A stretch of 64,000 nt of DNA from a candidate division WWE3 bacterium. GTDB lineage: Bacteria > Patescibacteriota > WWE3 > 2-01-FULL-39-13. The stretch is taken from NCBI GenBank assembly GCA_943354835.1, contig CALRDH010000002.1:106270-170269 (forward strand), given 5' to 3'. The first letter of the stretch is position 1, and each line of letters begins with the position of its first letter. The notes under the pieces are model-generated. The model saw only the letters and a list, made by a program, of their open reading frames with translations. It was not told the DNA's origin and ran no database searches. Positions 9,501 to 18,873 of the stretch are shown piece by piece. The position numbers and the translations under genes were made by a program.

Positions 9501-11670
9501 AAGTTCCTGTAAATACAAAAATATTAGGTTGGTGGTTTTCAAGTATATCGAATTCAAAAGATGCTAAACCATTTGAAGCATTTAAGACACTAACATCTTT
9601 GCTATATTCCCTTCCAATTGAAACGAAAATATTTTTAATTTCTGGAATTGTTTTTATGTTGATTTTTGCTTTATCACCGATTTTATAATTTTCTTTGTCT
9701 GACGTAATAGTAAATATTTCTGTATATTTATTATTAGCAGTTTTACTTATATAAAATTCTTGATTAAGGAGTATTAGATTTCCACCTTTATCTTTTGTTT
9801 CTAATTGAAGTTTGTAATATCCAGCTAACCCAGCAGTAAAGCTTATCTTGAATTTTCCATTATTGTCAGAAACAGCAGTTAAACCATCAATTATTTTTGT
9901 GTCTATGTCGTTCTCTTTTTTTAGAAGAGTTCCCGTAATCTTGTGACCATTAAGATTAACACCAGGAATATTTTGATTTAACTTATAAGAGTTTTTGATT
10001 GTAGTATTTTCTACTTTGTCCTGATTGTCTACTTCCGGTTCAATTATAAAATCTCCAGGATTAATTAAAGTCTTAATTGCGCTATTTGCTGTTGTACTTA
10101 AGCTGTCTAAATATTCTGTTTCAATAACCCAAAATTGTCTTTCTCCAGTATTATTCAGGGCAGTCAATTGTATTTCTGCTTGACCCTTTTTATCTAGTGC
10201 TACCGTACCTGTGCCTTGTTTGATTTCTAAATCTTTAGAAAAATAGTTTTCTTCTTGGCTATTGTATTTTGCATTTAAATAATCGCCGAATATCCATGCT
10301 TTGTACTGATAAATTTTGTACCTAATTTCTTTATTACGTAGAGGTTGGCCAAGAAATGCAGTACCTGAAAATTTCAGAATAACACTTTCACCAGGCTGAT
10401 ACATTAATTTATCTGTAGTTACAGTTATAGATGCGTCGGGTTTCCTGAAATTGGCAACCTGAAGCCCAGTATAACTTATATGATCATCACGATCTTTAAT
10501 TAATATTTCGTAATATCCAGGCTCAATATCAGCAGGGATTTGAATATCAGCATTAATTGTGCCGTTGGGTAATAGTTCTAGATTTTTTTCAATGATTATA
10601 TTTTCGTAAGTTCCAAATGAAATCTGATAGGTTTTTGTTTCAATTGAGTAATCTGCGTCATCATCTTTTCTTATGATTGCTTTAAAATGTGCTATATCAC
10701 CCGGTTTATATAAAAAGCGATCTGTGAACGCGAAGGATCTAGTGTTGGGTTCTCTAGTAGAAAAACTTGAATAACCCCGCGCAGAGTTGTAATTTAGATT
10801 AGATAGATTTACTGGAATTAGTGTTAAATCTTTATCTTTAGAAACTATAGCGAAATCAATTGCACTGTTAATATCGTTAACTGCTAAACCTCTATCATCA
10901 GTATTTAAACTTTCCAATTTTGAAATCTTTTTGTTGCTATTATATAAATCAATATTTGCATCATTAACAGAAGTGTAATTGGTGTCTTGTATCCAAAAAA
11001 TGTTTTCATTATCACCTTTATGAATAATTCCAGATAAGTTTGTGCGAATCAACATTGTTTCTGATTTTCCGCCGTTGACCTCACCTCTTAGAAACCAAAT
11101 ACCAATATCTTCTAGTGGTAAGTTTATTGGGTTTGATTCATATGTATCTTTATTATAGGTAACTTGTTGTTGAAAAGTTTTATCTACGGGAATAGAAGTA
11201 GTATCAAACTTATATAACTTCTCAATTTGATTTCCCCAACTATTATCTTCAATTACTTTGTATACTAAGTAATTTAGAAGATCTGATTTCGTAACTTTAT
11301 ATAAAGTAAAAGTACCTAGTCCAACTGTAGTTTTACTATTTTCTACTTTTATCGTTGATGGCGTTTTGGCACTAAGTACAATAACTCCTCCATTTGAACC
11401 ATAATTGTCTGAACCAGAAAAACTAAATTCAGTTGATTTTTCAAGAACCTTGCTAATAGATTGCGTAGTGTTATCAAGAGGTGCCTCTATTGGAGTAGAT
11501 GGATTGTTAATAATAAAATTTTCTGGCACATCCTGGCTTATCTGTTTATTAAGTGATTGGTATCTAATAACAAAAAAAGTAAAAACAGCTATGAAAGTGA
11601 ATAGTAAAATAGCAATAGGTCTTTTATTAATTGGAGCAATTTGCTTCACAAAACTCAGAATAACATGCAA
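6574..11670 (-). CDS. Giant alpha-2-macroglobulin-like surface protein with inserted Hint/BIL domain
   Basis: 1698 aa; N- and C-terminal TM anchors, C-terminal basic tail IRKKRTAKNK; Ig/MG-like repeat region; LPDNLTTW resembles the A2M PDSxTTW motif; internal Hint domain CFAGDTLITM...TPEH...VYNLAIENFHTFFANDIYVHN preceded by a Gly7 linker. Confidence 0.65.
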   Translation of the reverse strand: MHVILSFVKQIAPINKRPIAILLFTFIAVFTFFVIRYQSLNKQISQDVPENFIINNPSTPIEAPLDNTTQSISKVLEKSTEFSFSGSDNYGSNGGVIVLSAKTPSTIKVENSKTTVGLGTFTLYKVTKSDLLNYLVYKVIEDNSWGNQIEKLYKFDTTSIPVDKTFQQQVTYNKDTYESNPINLPLEDIGIWFLRGEVNGGKSETMLIRTNLSGIIHKGDNENIFWIQDTNYTSVNDANIDLYNSNKKISKLESLNTDDRGLAVNDINSAIDFAIVSKDKDLTLIPVNLSNLNYNSARGYSSFSTREPNTRSFAFTDRFLYKPGDIAHFKAIIRKDDDADYSIETKTYQISFGTYENIIIEKNLELLPNGTINADIQIPADIEPGYYEILIKDRDDHISYTGLQVANFRKPDASITVTTDKLMYQPGESVILKFSGTAFLGQPLRNKEIRYKIYQYKAWIFGDYLNAKYNSQEENYFSKDLEIKQGTGTVALDKKGQAEIQLTALNNTGERQFWVIETEYLDSLSTTANSAIKTLINPGDFIIEPEVDNQDKVENTTIKNSYKLNQNIPGVNLNGHKITGTLLKKENDIDTKIIDGLTAVSDNNGKFKISFTAGLAGYYKLQLETKDKGGNLILLNQEFYISKTANNKYTEIFTITSDKENYKIGDKAKINIKTIPEIKNIFVSIGREYSKDVSVLNASNGLASFEFDILENHQPNIFVFTGTFLNESWKKSTLDIPVDTNDKKVFVSIDPSQKTFKPGETAQFDITAKDSNGNLIKTDMAFWVFDKALLELHNNSFDRVYENFWYKRSFSTSTNYSYQGISSNDGGGGGGGCFAGDTLITMSDGSKKRIDEVAKGDLIQTFRSTSTKEKAAAMVTGTHAVKVDGYMIINSSFKITPEHILFVNNKWIPAGEINIGDSLLKSDKTRLEVYSIEWIRGNFDVYNLAIENFHTFFANDIYVHNDKDNSRSQYKDTAYWNPNISTGEDGKASVTITLPDNLTTWVAAAITANDKTQVGTGQTEFIVTKDFVVRPIFPMFARTGDQLTLSALINNFSKNQDNFSVEAKLSGGDMSSSIQQIVVDTNDIQEIKFPTKITGMNENAIFNVKSQGQNNRNLIDNAIEKFPIYEYGSWQTQIDKKTDSASFSLNPTSGTDSKRLESSIELKASRYNEIDKILLPLVNNQYSGSIYDNAATLIAASLLKQNGKDLGIYFNQNELNQEVKTAIDSLKDNQDPNGYWINQTINTIDIDATIFILESISIARKAGYEIDQSFIDKTLSYIYKQNKSSAKIDLLQQYTLSLFPDKKQNSHALDITSSKDPEYISRALIANKRQGFDISKEAESRLPEIAYSTNNQLAWRGIYVKPNNSQKYIILGPTAWAVYASQQIGSKTIDIEKALDYLYRNPQSEPEIQALTLLTIIKYFQDTDQINPNYSYKVIADQKVLATGTVSSTQQQLKSVKVPASLFDSNSKIIIEKNGNGQLNSALVQKEFVIDKSHPAENNDLEITRKYLSTNINKKPIEIGDLIIVQLQIDGLGLGEDNVEIVDYLPAGLMAIDQSLDNGNFDDIPGQTDRTASHKITDQGIKLNFSTWNLSGTYVYKYKARVLSDGTFNVPPAVVKLNSDPSTWASTTAETFTVDGKNALDLNSVKIETTQVQQTNKIPNESTSVKQKVIYVLFIGTPILIIILLFILIRKKRTAKNK
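8788..9184 (-). other. Hint / bacterial intein-like (BIL) domain inside the giant protein
   Basis: Block A CFAGDTLI, block B TPEH, block G NFHTFFANDIYVHN; +1 residue is Asp, not Cys/Ser/Thr. Confidence 0.75.
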
Positions 11671-11702
11671 GCAAATTCTTTACAACGATGATTGGTTCAT
11701 TG

Positions 11703-11787
11703 TGGTGCCGAGGAGAGGACTTGAACCTCCATCCCTTTTGAGGACTAGCTCCTAAAGCTAGCGTGTATGCCATTTCACCACCTCGGC
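11703..11787 (-). tRNA. tRNA-Leu(TAG)
   Basis: Cloverleaf folded by hand; acceptor GCCGAGG/CCTCGGC; anticodon loop TTTAGGA; long variable arm; CCA encoded. Confidence 0.85.
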
Positions 11788-11825
11788 TTGTGTACCATCG
11801 TCCCCGAGATTATACAATATAAAGG

Positions 11826-14036
11826 CTACTTATTAATTTCTGGTAAGAAAATACTTTTTACTGAAGCGTTATCTCCGTTTTCGTTTGCATTTGGATCAGA
11901 AATTTGAACAGTGAAACTTCCGCTGGTATAAGGCTTCACACCGTTATTATTGTTGTCAAAGTCTCTTGTGACTATAGTTGCCACTGCATCAACGCCTTCT
12001 GGAGCCTTGAACTTGTGTTGGGTTGCAATTTTGGATTGATCATACTGATCATAATCACCACCATTTTCCATCGGAAAAAGCCATTCTGTACCATAGGCAT
12101 TATATCCAGACTCTGCTGGTGGATCATCAATAGAGCGATCCCAGATTATATCACCATCTTTATTAATTAATCCTAGTTTTACTACTGCTCTATCGCCGAT
12201 TGCAGGTGTTGTACTTGTAACTGATAAGCTACTTCCACCTTTTATTTTAAAATAAATACCAGCAGATGTTGGACTAGAATTTGTGGAGGCTAATTGTACT
12301 TGGTATTCTCCGGGTTTTTCAGGAGGCAGATTTTTTTCAGAAATCATAGGATTTGGAAGTAAATGATCCCCCAAATCTATTGTTCTTCCATCTGGCAATG
12401 ACATTATCATTCGTACTTGTTCTGTTGGATCGTATGCTAAACGTGGGAGGTTCAATAAGATAATTCCATTTTCTTCTCTTGCGCCCAAATCAAAATCCCG
12501 ATTATCAATTTTGCTAATAATTGTTACGTCAGATAGTGGCACTCCTAAAACTATTACACCATTTTGTAACGATGGCTCAGGTATTAAGTCTGAAAAGCTT
12601 TTATTTATTGCGATTTGGCCATAACCAGTTAATGGAGTTGCTTGAGATATTTGATAATCAATATCGACACTTGTAGGAATTTCAATTGCTGATCTTTTGT
12701 CTGTTTCTAGATTAAATGAAGTCTGACCGATTTGAAATGCAGCTGAAATTATATTGTCATTAGGGTCATCGTTTTTGGGGACGCTAAATTTTGCAGTATG
12801 GTTTGGTGGACATATGCCGACGACTTCACCTTCGAGGATTATTTCTTGTTCTAAACCACTGTTATTTGAAACGAATACAAATGGTTCTCCATTAGTGCCA
12901 ATTTCTAAACTTGCAGAACTCTCAACTGTTGAATCAGACATCTTAATTCCTGATCGTTGTATAACATCAGCCGATATAGCATCAAAATCAACTGGTTTAG
13001 ATATCTGGTGAATTATTGGCGTATAAGTGTTTAAGCCAGGTCTCATTCTTCTGTATGCTAGTCCAAATTCTTTATTAAATTCTGCCGATATAAATAGTGA
13101 GTTCATTGTGGCTTGTGGATCGTTTATTAGGTGTCTTGCAAATCTTTCTGTAAGATTATTATTGGCAGGTGTTAAGGCAAATCTGCTGGTTGCTGTAATA
13201 ACTGATAAATCCAAAAATTCAGAACTATCAGCACTAAGATACTGGTTGAGCCGTAAGAATATGTTTTCGTTTAATATATTAGGATCAATTTTATCCGTTT
13301 CATCTGCTTCTCTTGTAATTGTTCCGCCGCTGTAACATGAATCAACAAGTAGGCTTAAATTACATCTTTCAAGGTTTCCTGCTTTAGTCCTATTATTCAT
13401 GCCTTCGGCTATTGCGTCTGCGATTCTTTCTGTAGATAAAGTAATCTTATGGCGATTATCTCCGTCAGCGAGAATTAATTGCCATGAATCGCTCTTCTCA
13501 TCAATATATCCATGTCCGATTAAGTGAATAAATTTATCTGTTGACCCGCTTGATACAATTTCAACAATTTTTCTACATGCCAGCTCTAGCGCGTCTGTAT
13601 CAGCATTTGCTTCTAAGGTATCAGCAGGATCGCTAGGGTTTGAATATTTACTTAATTTATCATCAACCCAAGCACAAGTAGATATATCCAGTCCTAGTTT
13701 GTACATGTACATATCTTGCAGTTCGACCAAAGCCTCATCAATAAATACTTGTTCTCTGTTGCCTCTTCCGCCAATGAAAAGGACTTCAGGTTTTGAATCG
13801 CCGAGAATTTCGAGGGATGTTGGAGCTTCGCTTTCTCCTGAAACTGCTGCAGCAGTAGGAACGGCATTACCAGGAACTCCTAAAGCACTAAGTAGAGTCG
13901 CTGCACCTGCAACACCAGCAAGTCGTAAAAAGCCCCTTCGGGATATCTGGCTTGGGTTTTGTGTTGGTTCAACTGGAGTTGGAGGTAGAATGCTTGTAAT
14001 TTCTGTTTCCGGAGTTAAATTCGACGGATTTTCCAT
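11826..14036 (-). CDS. TAT-secreted clan-CD (caspase-fold, C11/C13-like) cysteine peptidase
   Basis: Twin-arginine signal SRRGFLRLAGVAGAA; catalytic His in FIHLIGHGY and Cys in LLVDSCYSGG; large beta-rich C-terminal region. Confidence 0.6.
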   Translation of the reverse strand: MENPSNLTPETEITSILPPTPVEPTQNPSQISRRGFLRLAGVAGAATLLSALGVPGNAVPTAAAVSGESEAPTSLEILGDSKPEVLFIGGRGNREQVFIDEALVELQDMYMYKLGLDISTCAWVDDKLSKYSNPSDPADTLEANADTDALELACRKIVEIVSSGSTDKFIHLIGHGYIDEKSDSWQLILADGDNRHKITLSTERIADAIAEGMNNRTKAGNLERCNLSLLVDSCYSGGTITREADETDKIDPNILNENIFLRLNQYLSADSSEFLDLSVITATSRFALTPANNNLTERFARHLINDPQATMNSLFISAEFNKEFGLAYRRMRPGLNTYTPIIHQISKPVDFDAISADVIQRSGIKMSDSTVESSASLEIGTNGEPFVFVSNNSGLEQEIILEGEVVGICPPNHTAKFSVPKNDDPNDNIISAAFQIGQTSFNLETDKRSAIEIPTSVDIDYQISQATPLTGYGQIAINKSFSDLIPEPSLQNGVIVLGVPLSDVTIISKIDNRDFDLGAREENGIILLNLPRLAYDPTEQVRMIMSLPDGRTIDLGDHLLPNPMISEKNLPPEKPGEYQVQLASTNSSPTSAGIYFKIKGGSSLSVTSTTPAIGDRAVVKLGLINKDGDIIWDRSIDDPPAESGYNAYGTEWLFPMENGGDYDQYDQSKIATQHKFKAPEGVDAVATIVTRDFDNNNNGVKPYTSGSFTVQISDPNANENGDNASVKSIFLPEINK

Positions 14037-14039
14037 GTT

Positions 14040-14741
14040 TTAGATTTCAGTTTCTTCTATCATTTCCATAAATGTTGAAACGCTTTTGGTCCAATGTGAA
14101 AGATCTGGGTCTCCGCCTGCGCGATTTACAGATCCTGGGTTATACCAAATTACAACGTCTTCTGGCGAAGTTGTTAGTTCACGCTTTTCGGCATTGCGTT
14201 TTATTCCGCGAGCGACCCTGCCTATAAATACTTCCCAAGATTCTGATGAGTAGCCACCGACATTTTTTGTGGTTTGATTATCGTCATATACGGCCCATCC
14301 CCAAGCGTTGTAAGATTCTTGCCCATTAAATTGTGGAGTCGTTTTGCCTCCGCTACTTTCTTTTTGAGCAATTGCAGGAAGCAAATATGGGTTTAGATTG
14401 TTAAGAAGAGCTTCTTTTAAAAAAGTGCAACCGTAGCCTGCTAGAGGCGTTTTTCGCTTTGCGAAAAACGCATTAATCTTTCTTGCCTCAACATTCTGGC
14501 AGTTATCAGTTATATCATCTGGATTTAGTTTCTCCTTTATTTGCGCCTCCTCTAATATACTTGGTGCCAAATCAATTCTAAAATCCGAAGCTTCTTGAAA
14601 CTCCACTTGAGCATTTGATTTTGCTATATCATCAGAACCATTTACTAACCAATACATGGATACAAATAAAAGGCCAAATGACAACGAAAAATAATAAATG
14701 ACAGGCAAAATAATATGCTTTGCGGACAGGTTTTGTTGCAT
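14040..14741 (-). CDS. Peptidoglycan hydrolase (N-acetylglucosaminidase family, FlgJ-like)
   Basis: N-terminal TM then LLPAIAQKESSGGK (AxxxESxxG glucosaminidase motif). The ORF track extends to 14873 only by reading antisense through tRNA-Leu; start trimmed to Met at 14741. Confidence 0.55.
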   Translation of the reverse strand: MQQNLSAKHIILPVIYYFSLSFGLLFVSMYWLVNGSDDIAKSNAQVEFQEASDFRIDLAPSILEEAQIKEKLNPDDITDNCQNVEARKINAFFAKRKTPLAGYGCTFLKEALLNNLNPYLLPAIAQKESSGGKTTPQFNGQESYNAWGWAVYDDNQTTKNVGGYSSESWEVFIGRVARGIKRNAEKRELTTSPEDVVIWYNPGSVNRAGGDPDLSHWTKSVSTFMEMIEETEI

Positions 14742-14793
14742 TAAAAAACAGCATACCAAACAAAAAAAAATGGGGCAAATGTCATAGAGTTTC

Positions 14794-14879
14794 TGGTGCC
14801 GAGGAGAGGACTTGAACCTCCATTCGCTTGCGCGAACAGCCTTCTGAAGACTGCGTGTCTGCCATTTCACCACCTCGGC
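14794..14879 (-). tRNA. tRNA-Leu(CAG)
   Basis: Same acceptor/T-arm backbone as the other Leu tRNAs; anticodon loop TTCAGAA; long variable arm; CCA encoded. Confidence 0.85.
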
Positions 14880-14928
14880 CTGGCTCGCTCATCGTCCATA
14901 TTATACCCTCTTTACATTCCTTATCGTT

Positions 14929-15246
14929 ATGATTAGTATGAAGTTACATCCCCCACCGGGGGACTGCACTTTGTTCAAAAAAATTATGATGCACGATAAG
15001 TCAAAAATATTACACAGAATTAAGATTATTAAAGGCCATATTTCAGCAATTGAAAAAATGATTGAAGATGATCGTTATTGTTTAGATGTCGTTCATCAGT
15101 CTCAAGCAGTTCAAAAAGCTTTAAAGAATCTTGATGGACTGTTAATTACAGATCATATTAATCATTGTGTAGTAGAGCAAGCTAAGTTAAATGAGTATGA
15201 GAAGATTGCATCCGAGTTAATTAAAATATATGAATTCAAACAATAA
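14929..15246 (+). CDS. csoR: CsoR/RcnR-family metal-sensing transcriptional repressor
   Basis: DUF156-like helical protein with conserved YCLDVVHQ and HINHC ligand positions; sits directly upstream of copper genes; true start may be an internal Met near 14985. Confidence 0.7.
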   Translation: MISMKLHPPPGDCTLFKKIMMHDKSKILHRIKIIKGHISAIEKMIEDDRYCLDVVHQSQAVQKALKNLDGLLITDHINHCVVEQAKLNEYEKIASELIKIYEFKQ

Positions 15247-16603
15247 ACCCAATAAGCACAGTAAAACTTTTTATGTCGAAGGCATGCATTGTAATGCATG
15301 TGAGATGTTAATTAAGCAAGATATTTCAAGCTTAGATGGCGTTTCGAATGTTGATGTTTCGCAAGCGGACTCTTGTGCAGTTGTTACGGCAGATTCACAA
15401 AAAAAGATTCCAGGTCTTTCTGAACTTAATGCAAAGTTTAAAGATTCCGGATATAAATTTTATGACTCAAAAGCCAGCATTTCCAAATTAAGTAAACAGG
15501 ATTTTTATTTGGCATTATCAGCTTCTATCATATTTATCATTTTATTCATCGCTTTAGAAAGGTCTGGCGTTACAAGCAAAATTTCTTTAAGCGGAGAAAG
15601 CGGAGACTTTGCATTTTTTTCATATTTCTTATTCGGCCTTGCAGCAGGAATTTCAAGTTGTGCTGCTCTTGTTGGTGGCCTTCTACTTTCACTTTCCAAA
15701 AAATGGGAGAAAAGTTTATATCCGTTTATTCTATTTAATTCTGCAAGGCTAATTGCTTTTGCTGTTTTTGGTGGAATTTTAGGATTTATAGGAAGTGCGA
15801 TTTCGATTTCAATTGGTGTTACAAGTTTCATCGCAATACTAATTGCAATATTTATGTTATTTATTGGTCTTCAAATGTTAGGTGTTAAAGGCTTTAAAAA
15901 TATTTCACTAAATAACTTTATTAAGATTCCATATTTAGATAAGAATCAGGATTTTAAAGGTAAATATATGCCGATAATTGTTGGTGCGGCTACTTTCTTT
16001 GTTCCATGCGGATTTACAATGATTGCCCAAACTACAGTATTAACATCTGGAAGCGCAATATCAGGTGCAATAAATTTATTTGCATTTGCACTAGGAACCT
16101 TGCCTGTTTTAGCCATAATAAGTTTTTCAAGCGTAAAAATATATGCGAATCAAAAATTTTCACGACAGTTTAATATATTTGCTGGTGCTTTAATTGTATT
16201 TTTTGCATTGTATTCGCTTAACTCTCAACTAAATGTTTTGGGGCTCAAAAGTTTAAATGATATAAAAAAGAGTCCTGTGCAAAGTAAACAAAGCACTAAA
16301 ACAAAAACTCCAAGTACCTCTGTTGTCGATGACTCCAAGCAATCAATCGAAATGGAAGCTTCTGGTTTTGAATATTTCCCAAAACAGTTCACTATAAAAT
16401 CTGGTTTAAAAACAAGATGGGATATTTTTGAAAACGATGCAGTTGGATGCGCAAAAGCCGTATATGCAAGAGGATTATACAAAGACATAATTTATTTGAA
16501 ACCAGGTATGAACTCGGTTAGCTTTATCGCACCAGAGCCCGGAACGTATAAAGTTTCGTGCTCGATGGGTATGGTTGATCCAGTTTATGTGAAAGTAATA
16601 TGA
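15230..16603 (+). CDS. HMA-domain / CcdA-MerT-like membrane / cupredoxin-like fusion protein
   Basis: N-terminal heavy-metal-associated motif GMHCNACEM; polytopic membrane domain with TM cysteines (SSCAAL, FVPCGF); C-terminal beta-sandwich resembling plastocyanin (YKVSCSMGMVDP) but with Met in place of the His ligand. Confidence 0.55.
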   Translation: MNSNNKPNKHSKTFYVEGMHCNACEMLIKQDISSLDGVSNVDVSQADSCAVVTADSQKKIPGLSELNAKFKDSGYKFYDSKASISKLSKQDFYLALSASIIFIILFIALERSGVTSKISLSGESGDFAFFSYFLFGLAAGISSCAALVGGLLLSLSKKWEKSLYPFILFNSARLIAFAVFGGILGFIGSAISISIGVTSFIAILIAIFMLFIGLQMLGVKGFKNISLNNFIKIPYLDKNQDFKGKYMPIIVGAATFFVPCGFTMIAQTTVLTSGSAISGAINLFAFALGTLPVLAIISFSSVKIYANQKFSRQFNIFAGALIVFFALYSLNSQLNVLGLKSLNDIKKSPVQSKQSTKTKTPSTSVVDDSKQSIEMEASGFEYFPKQFTIKSGLKTRWDIFENDAVGCAKAVYARGLYKDIIYLKPGMNSVSFIAPEPGTYKVSCSMGMVDPVYVKVI

Positions 16604-18870
16604 AAAAAATCATAAAAAAATCGTATCCGGTTATGGGAATGCATTGCGCTTCATGTGCATCGGTCATAAAACGAAAGCTTGAAAAACTTGATGGGGTTGA
16701 ATCATGCACCGTCAACTATGGTAACGAAAAAGCTCAAGTTGCATATGATCCACAGAAAGTGACAGTTTCCCAAATGAATCACGAAATTGATAAACTTGGG
16801 TACTCTTTGATGGAGGGTGAAATGGATCATTCTGATAGTTCAATTAAATCACAGAAATTAAAAGACCTTGCCAAACTTCAACGACATGTCCAAATTGTCT
16901 TGCCTATGGTCGCTGTCAGTATTCTTGTGATGGCATGGGAAATTGGAGCAGATCCACTTGGGTTTTGGCCTAAAATGCCCGAGATGCTTATGGAGTTCTT
17001 TCATCATCTCTTACCAGTTTTTGCCACTTATGCTTTGTTTGTGATTGGAGTTCCGTACTTACAAGGCGTGATTCGCTTTTTTAGATACAGAGTCGCTAAC
17101 ATGGACAGCCTAGTTGGAATCGGAACATCTGTAGCGTTTCTTTATAGCTTTATAGTAACGGCTTTTGAAGAATCACTCGCTTCTTACGTTAATACCGAAC
17201 AAAATTATTATGATGTCACAATTGTCGTGATTGGATTTATTACTCTTGGCAAGTTCCTTGAAGCTCGCTCAAAGTTAAAAACTGGTGAAGCCATAGAAAA
17301 GCTTTTGGGATTGCAAGTTAAAAATGCACTTATACTTCGTGATGGTAAAGAGATAGAAGTACCCATTGATCAAGTAGTAGTTGGCGATATTATGCTTGTA
17401 AAGCCTGGGGCGAAAATTCCTTTAGATGGAGTCATTATAGAAGGTAAATCATCAATCGATGAATCCATGATTACAGGTGAGTCAATTCCAGTAGACAAAG
17501 GACCAGGAGATACTGTTATTGGATCCACTATCAATAAACAAGGTTCACTACAAATCAGAGTCGTAAAAGTTGGTAGTGACACTATGTTGTCACAAATTAT
17601 TAAAATGGTGGAAGATGCGCAAGGCTCAAAAGCTCCTATTGAGCGAATGGTTGATCAAATATCTGCAATTTTTGTCCCAATAGTTTTGGTTTTATCAGTC
17701 GTGACATTGATATTCTGGTTAGTGATTGGTAGCCAATTTATGCCGTTTTCGCAAGCTTTGACCTTGGGTATTTTGAGTTTTGTGGGAATTCTCGTGATTG
17801 CCTGTCCATGCGCGATGGGACTTGCCACTCCTACGGCTATTATCGTTGGAGTCGGGAAAGCTGCACAGAATGGAATCTTAATTAAAAACGCAGAAAGTTT
17901 AGAGAAATTTAATTACATCAATTTTGTCATCATGGACAAAACCGGTACCATTACCAATGGCAAGCCGGTTGTAACTGACATTCAATCAATTGGTTCTAAC
18001 TCAGAGAAAGATATTTTACAGCTCCTTGCTTCACTAGAAAGCCATTCTGAACATCCATTGGCTTTTGCGATAGTCGAAAAAGCAAAGAATGAGAAACTTA
18101 GTTTGCATAAAGTCAAAGACTTTGAAGCGATTGAAGGAAAGGGTCTGAAAGGTACGATTGGTGATACAGAACATTTTGCTGGAAATCTCAAGCTTGCCAG
18201 TGATTTAAAGATAGCTGTTGATGATGAGGTAATAAAGACTTTTACTTCGCAAGGCAAAACTCCTGTTGTTTTTATGACCAAGCAAAACGTTATTGGTTAC
18301 ATTGGAATTGCAGACACTATAAAAGATGACGCCAAAGAAGCAGTAGCCGCTCTTCATAAACAAGGAATCAAAGTAGCTATGTTGACTGGTGATAACGAAA
18401 GAACCGCACAGTATATTGCCAAGCAGGTCGGTATTGATCGAGTGATCGCTGAAGTATTGCCAGCCGATAAAGCTAGTGAGATAAAAAAACTTCAAAAAGA
18501 GGGATACAAAGTGGCTATGGTTGGTGATGGCATTAACGATGCTCCAGCTCTTGCTACAGCTGACGTTGGGGTTGCGATGGGAACAGGCACTGACGTTGCT
18601 ATAGAATCAGCGGGAATAACACTTTTGGGAGGGCATATTTCTAAACTTCCTAAAGCTGTAAGTTTGGCACGAGCGACTATGAATATTATCAAACAAAATC
18701 TCTTCTGGGCATTTTTCTATAATATCATTGGTATCCCTATCGCAGCTGGATTACTTTATCCACTTTTTGGTATTCTTTTGAACCCTGCCATTGCCGGGGC
18801 GGCAATGGGATTTAGTAGCGTATCGGTGGTTGCGAATTCATTAAGATTAAAAAGTCAGAAAATAGCTTAA
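16600..18870 (+). CDS. copA: Copper-translocating P1B-type ATPase
   Basis: HMA motif GMHCASCA, CPC motif CPCAMGLATP, phosphorylation site DKTGTIT, hinge GDGINDAPAL. Confidence 0.95.
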   Translation: MKKIIKKSYPVMGMHCASCASVIKRKLEKLDGVESCTVNYGNEKAQVAYDPQKVTVSQMNHEIDKLGYSLMEGEMDHSDSSIKSQKLKDLAKLQRHVQIVLPMVAVSILVMAWEIGADPLGFWPKMPEMLMEFFHHLLPVFATYALFVIGVPYLQGVIRFFRYRVANMDSLVGIGTSVAFLYSFIVTAFEESLASYVNTEQNYYDVTIVVIGFITLGKFLEARSKLKTGEAIEKLLGLQVKNALILRDGKEIEVPIDQVVVGDIMLVKPGAKIPLDGVIIEGKSSIDESMITGESIPVDKGPGDTVIGSTINKQGSLQIRVVKVGSDTMLSQIIKMVEDAQGSKAPIERMVDQISAIFVPIVLVLSVVTLIFWLVIGSQFMPFSQALTLGILSFVGILVIACPCAMGLATPTAIIVGVGKAAQNGILIKNAESLEKFNYINFVIMDKTGTITNGKPVVTDIQSIGSNSEKDILQLLASLESHSEHPLAFAIVEKAKNEKLSLHKVKDFEAIEGKGLKGTIGDTEHFAGNLKLASDLKIAVDDEVIKTFTSQGKTPVVFMTKQNVIGYIGIADTIKDDAKEAVAALHKQGIKVAMLTGDNERTAQYIAKQVGIDRVIAEVLPADKASEIKKLQKEGYKVAMVGDGINDAPALATADVGVAMGTGTDVAIESAGITLLGGHISKLPKAVSLARATMNIIKQNLFWAFFYNIIGIPIAAGLLYPLFGILLNPAIAGAAMGFSSVSVVANSLRLKSQKIA

Positions 18871-18873
18871 GAA

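Noticed and set aside
6683-11755. Multiple 60-116-aa ORFs antisense or out of frame inside the 1698-aa gene (6683..6886, 7619..7837, 8183..8506, 9401..9688, 11405..11755)
   Set aside because: They are fully embedded in a long coherent ORF on the opposite strand, have low-complexity composition and no RBS, so they are typical spurious ORFs in AT-rich sequence.
14742-14873. N-terminal 44 codons of ORF 14040..14873
   Set aside because: The extension is produced by reading antisense through tRNA-Leu(CAG); the real start is taken at the internal Met (14741). The same artefact extends ORF 55718..56368 through tRNA-Gly(GCC).
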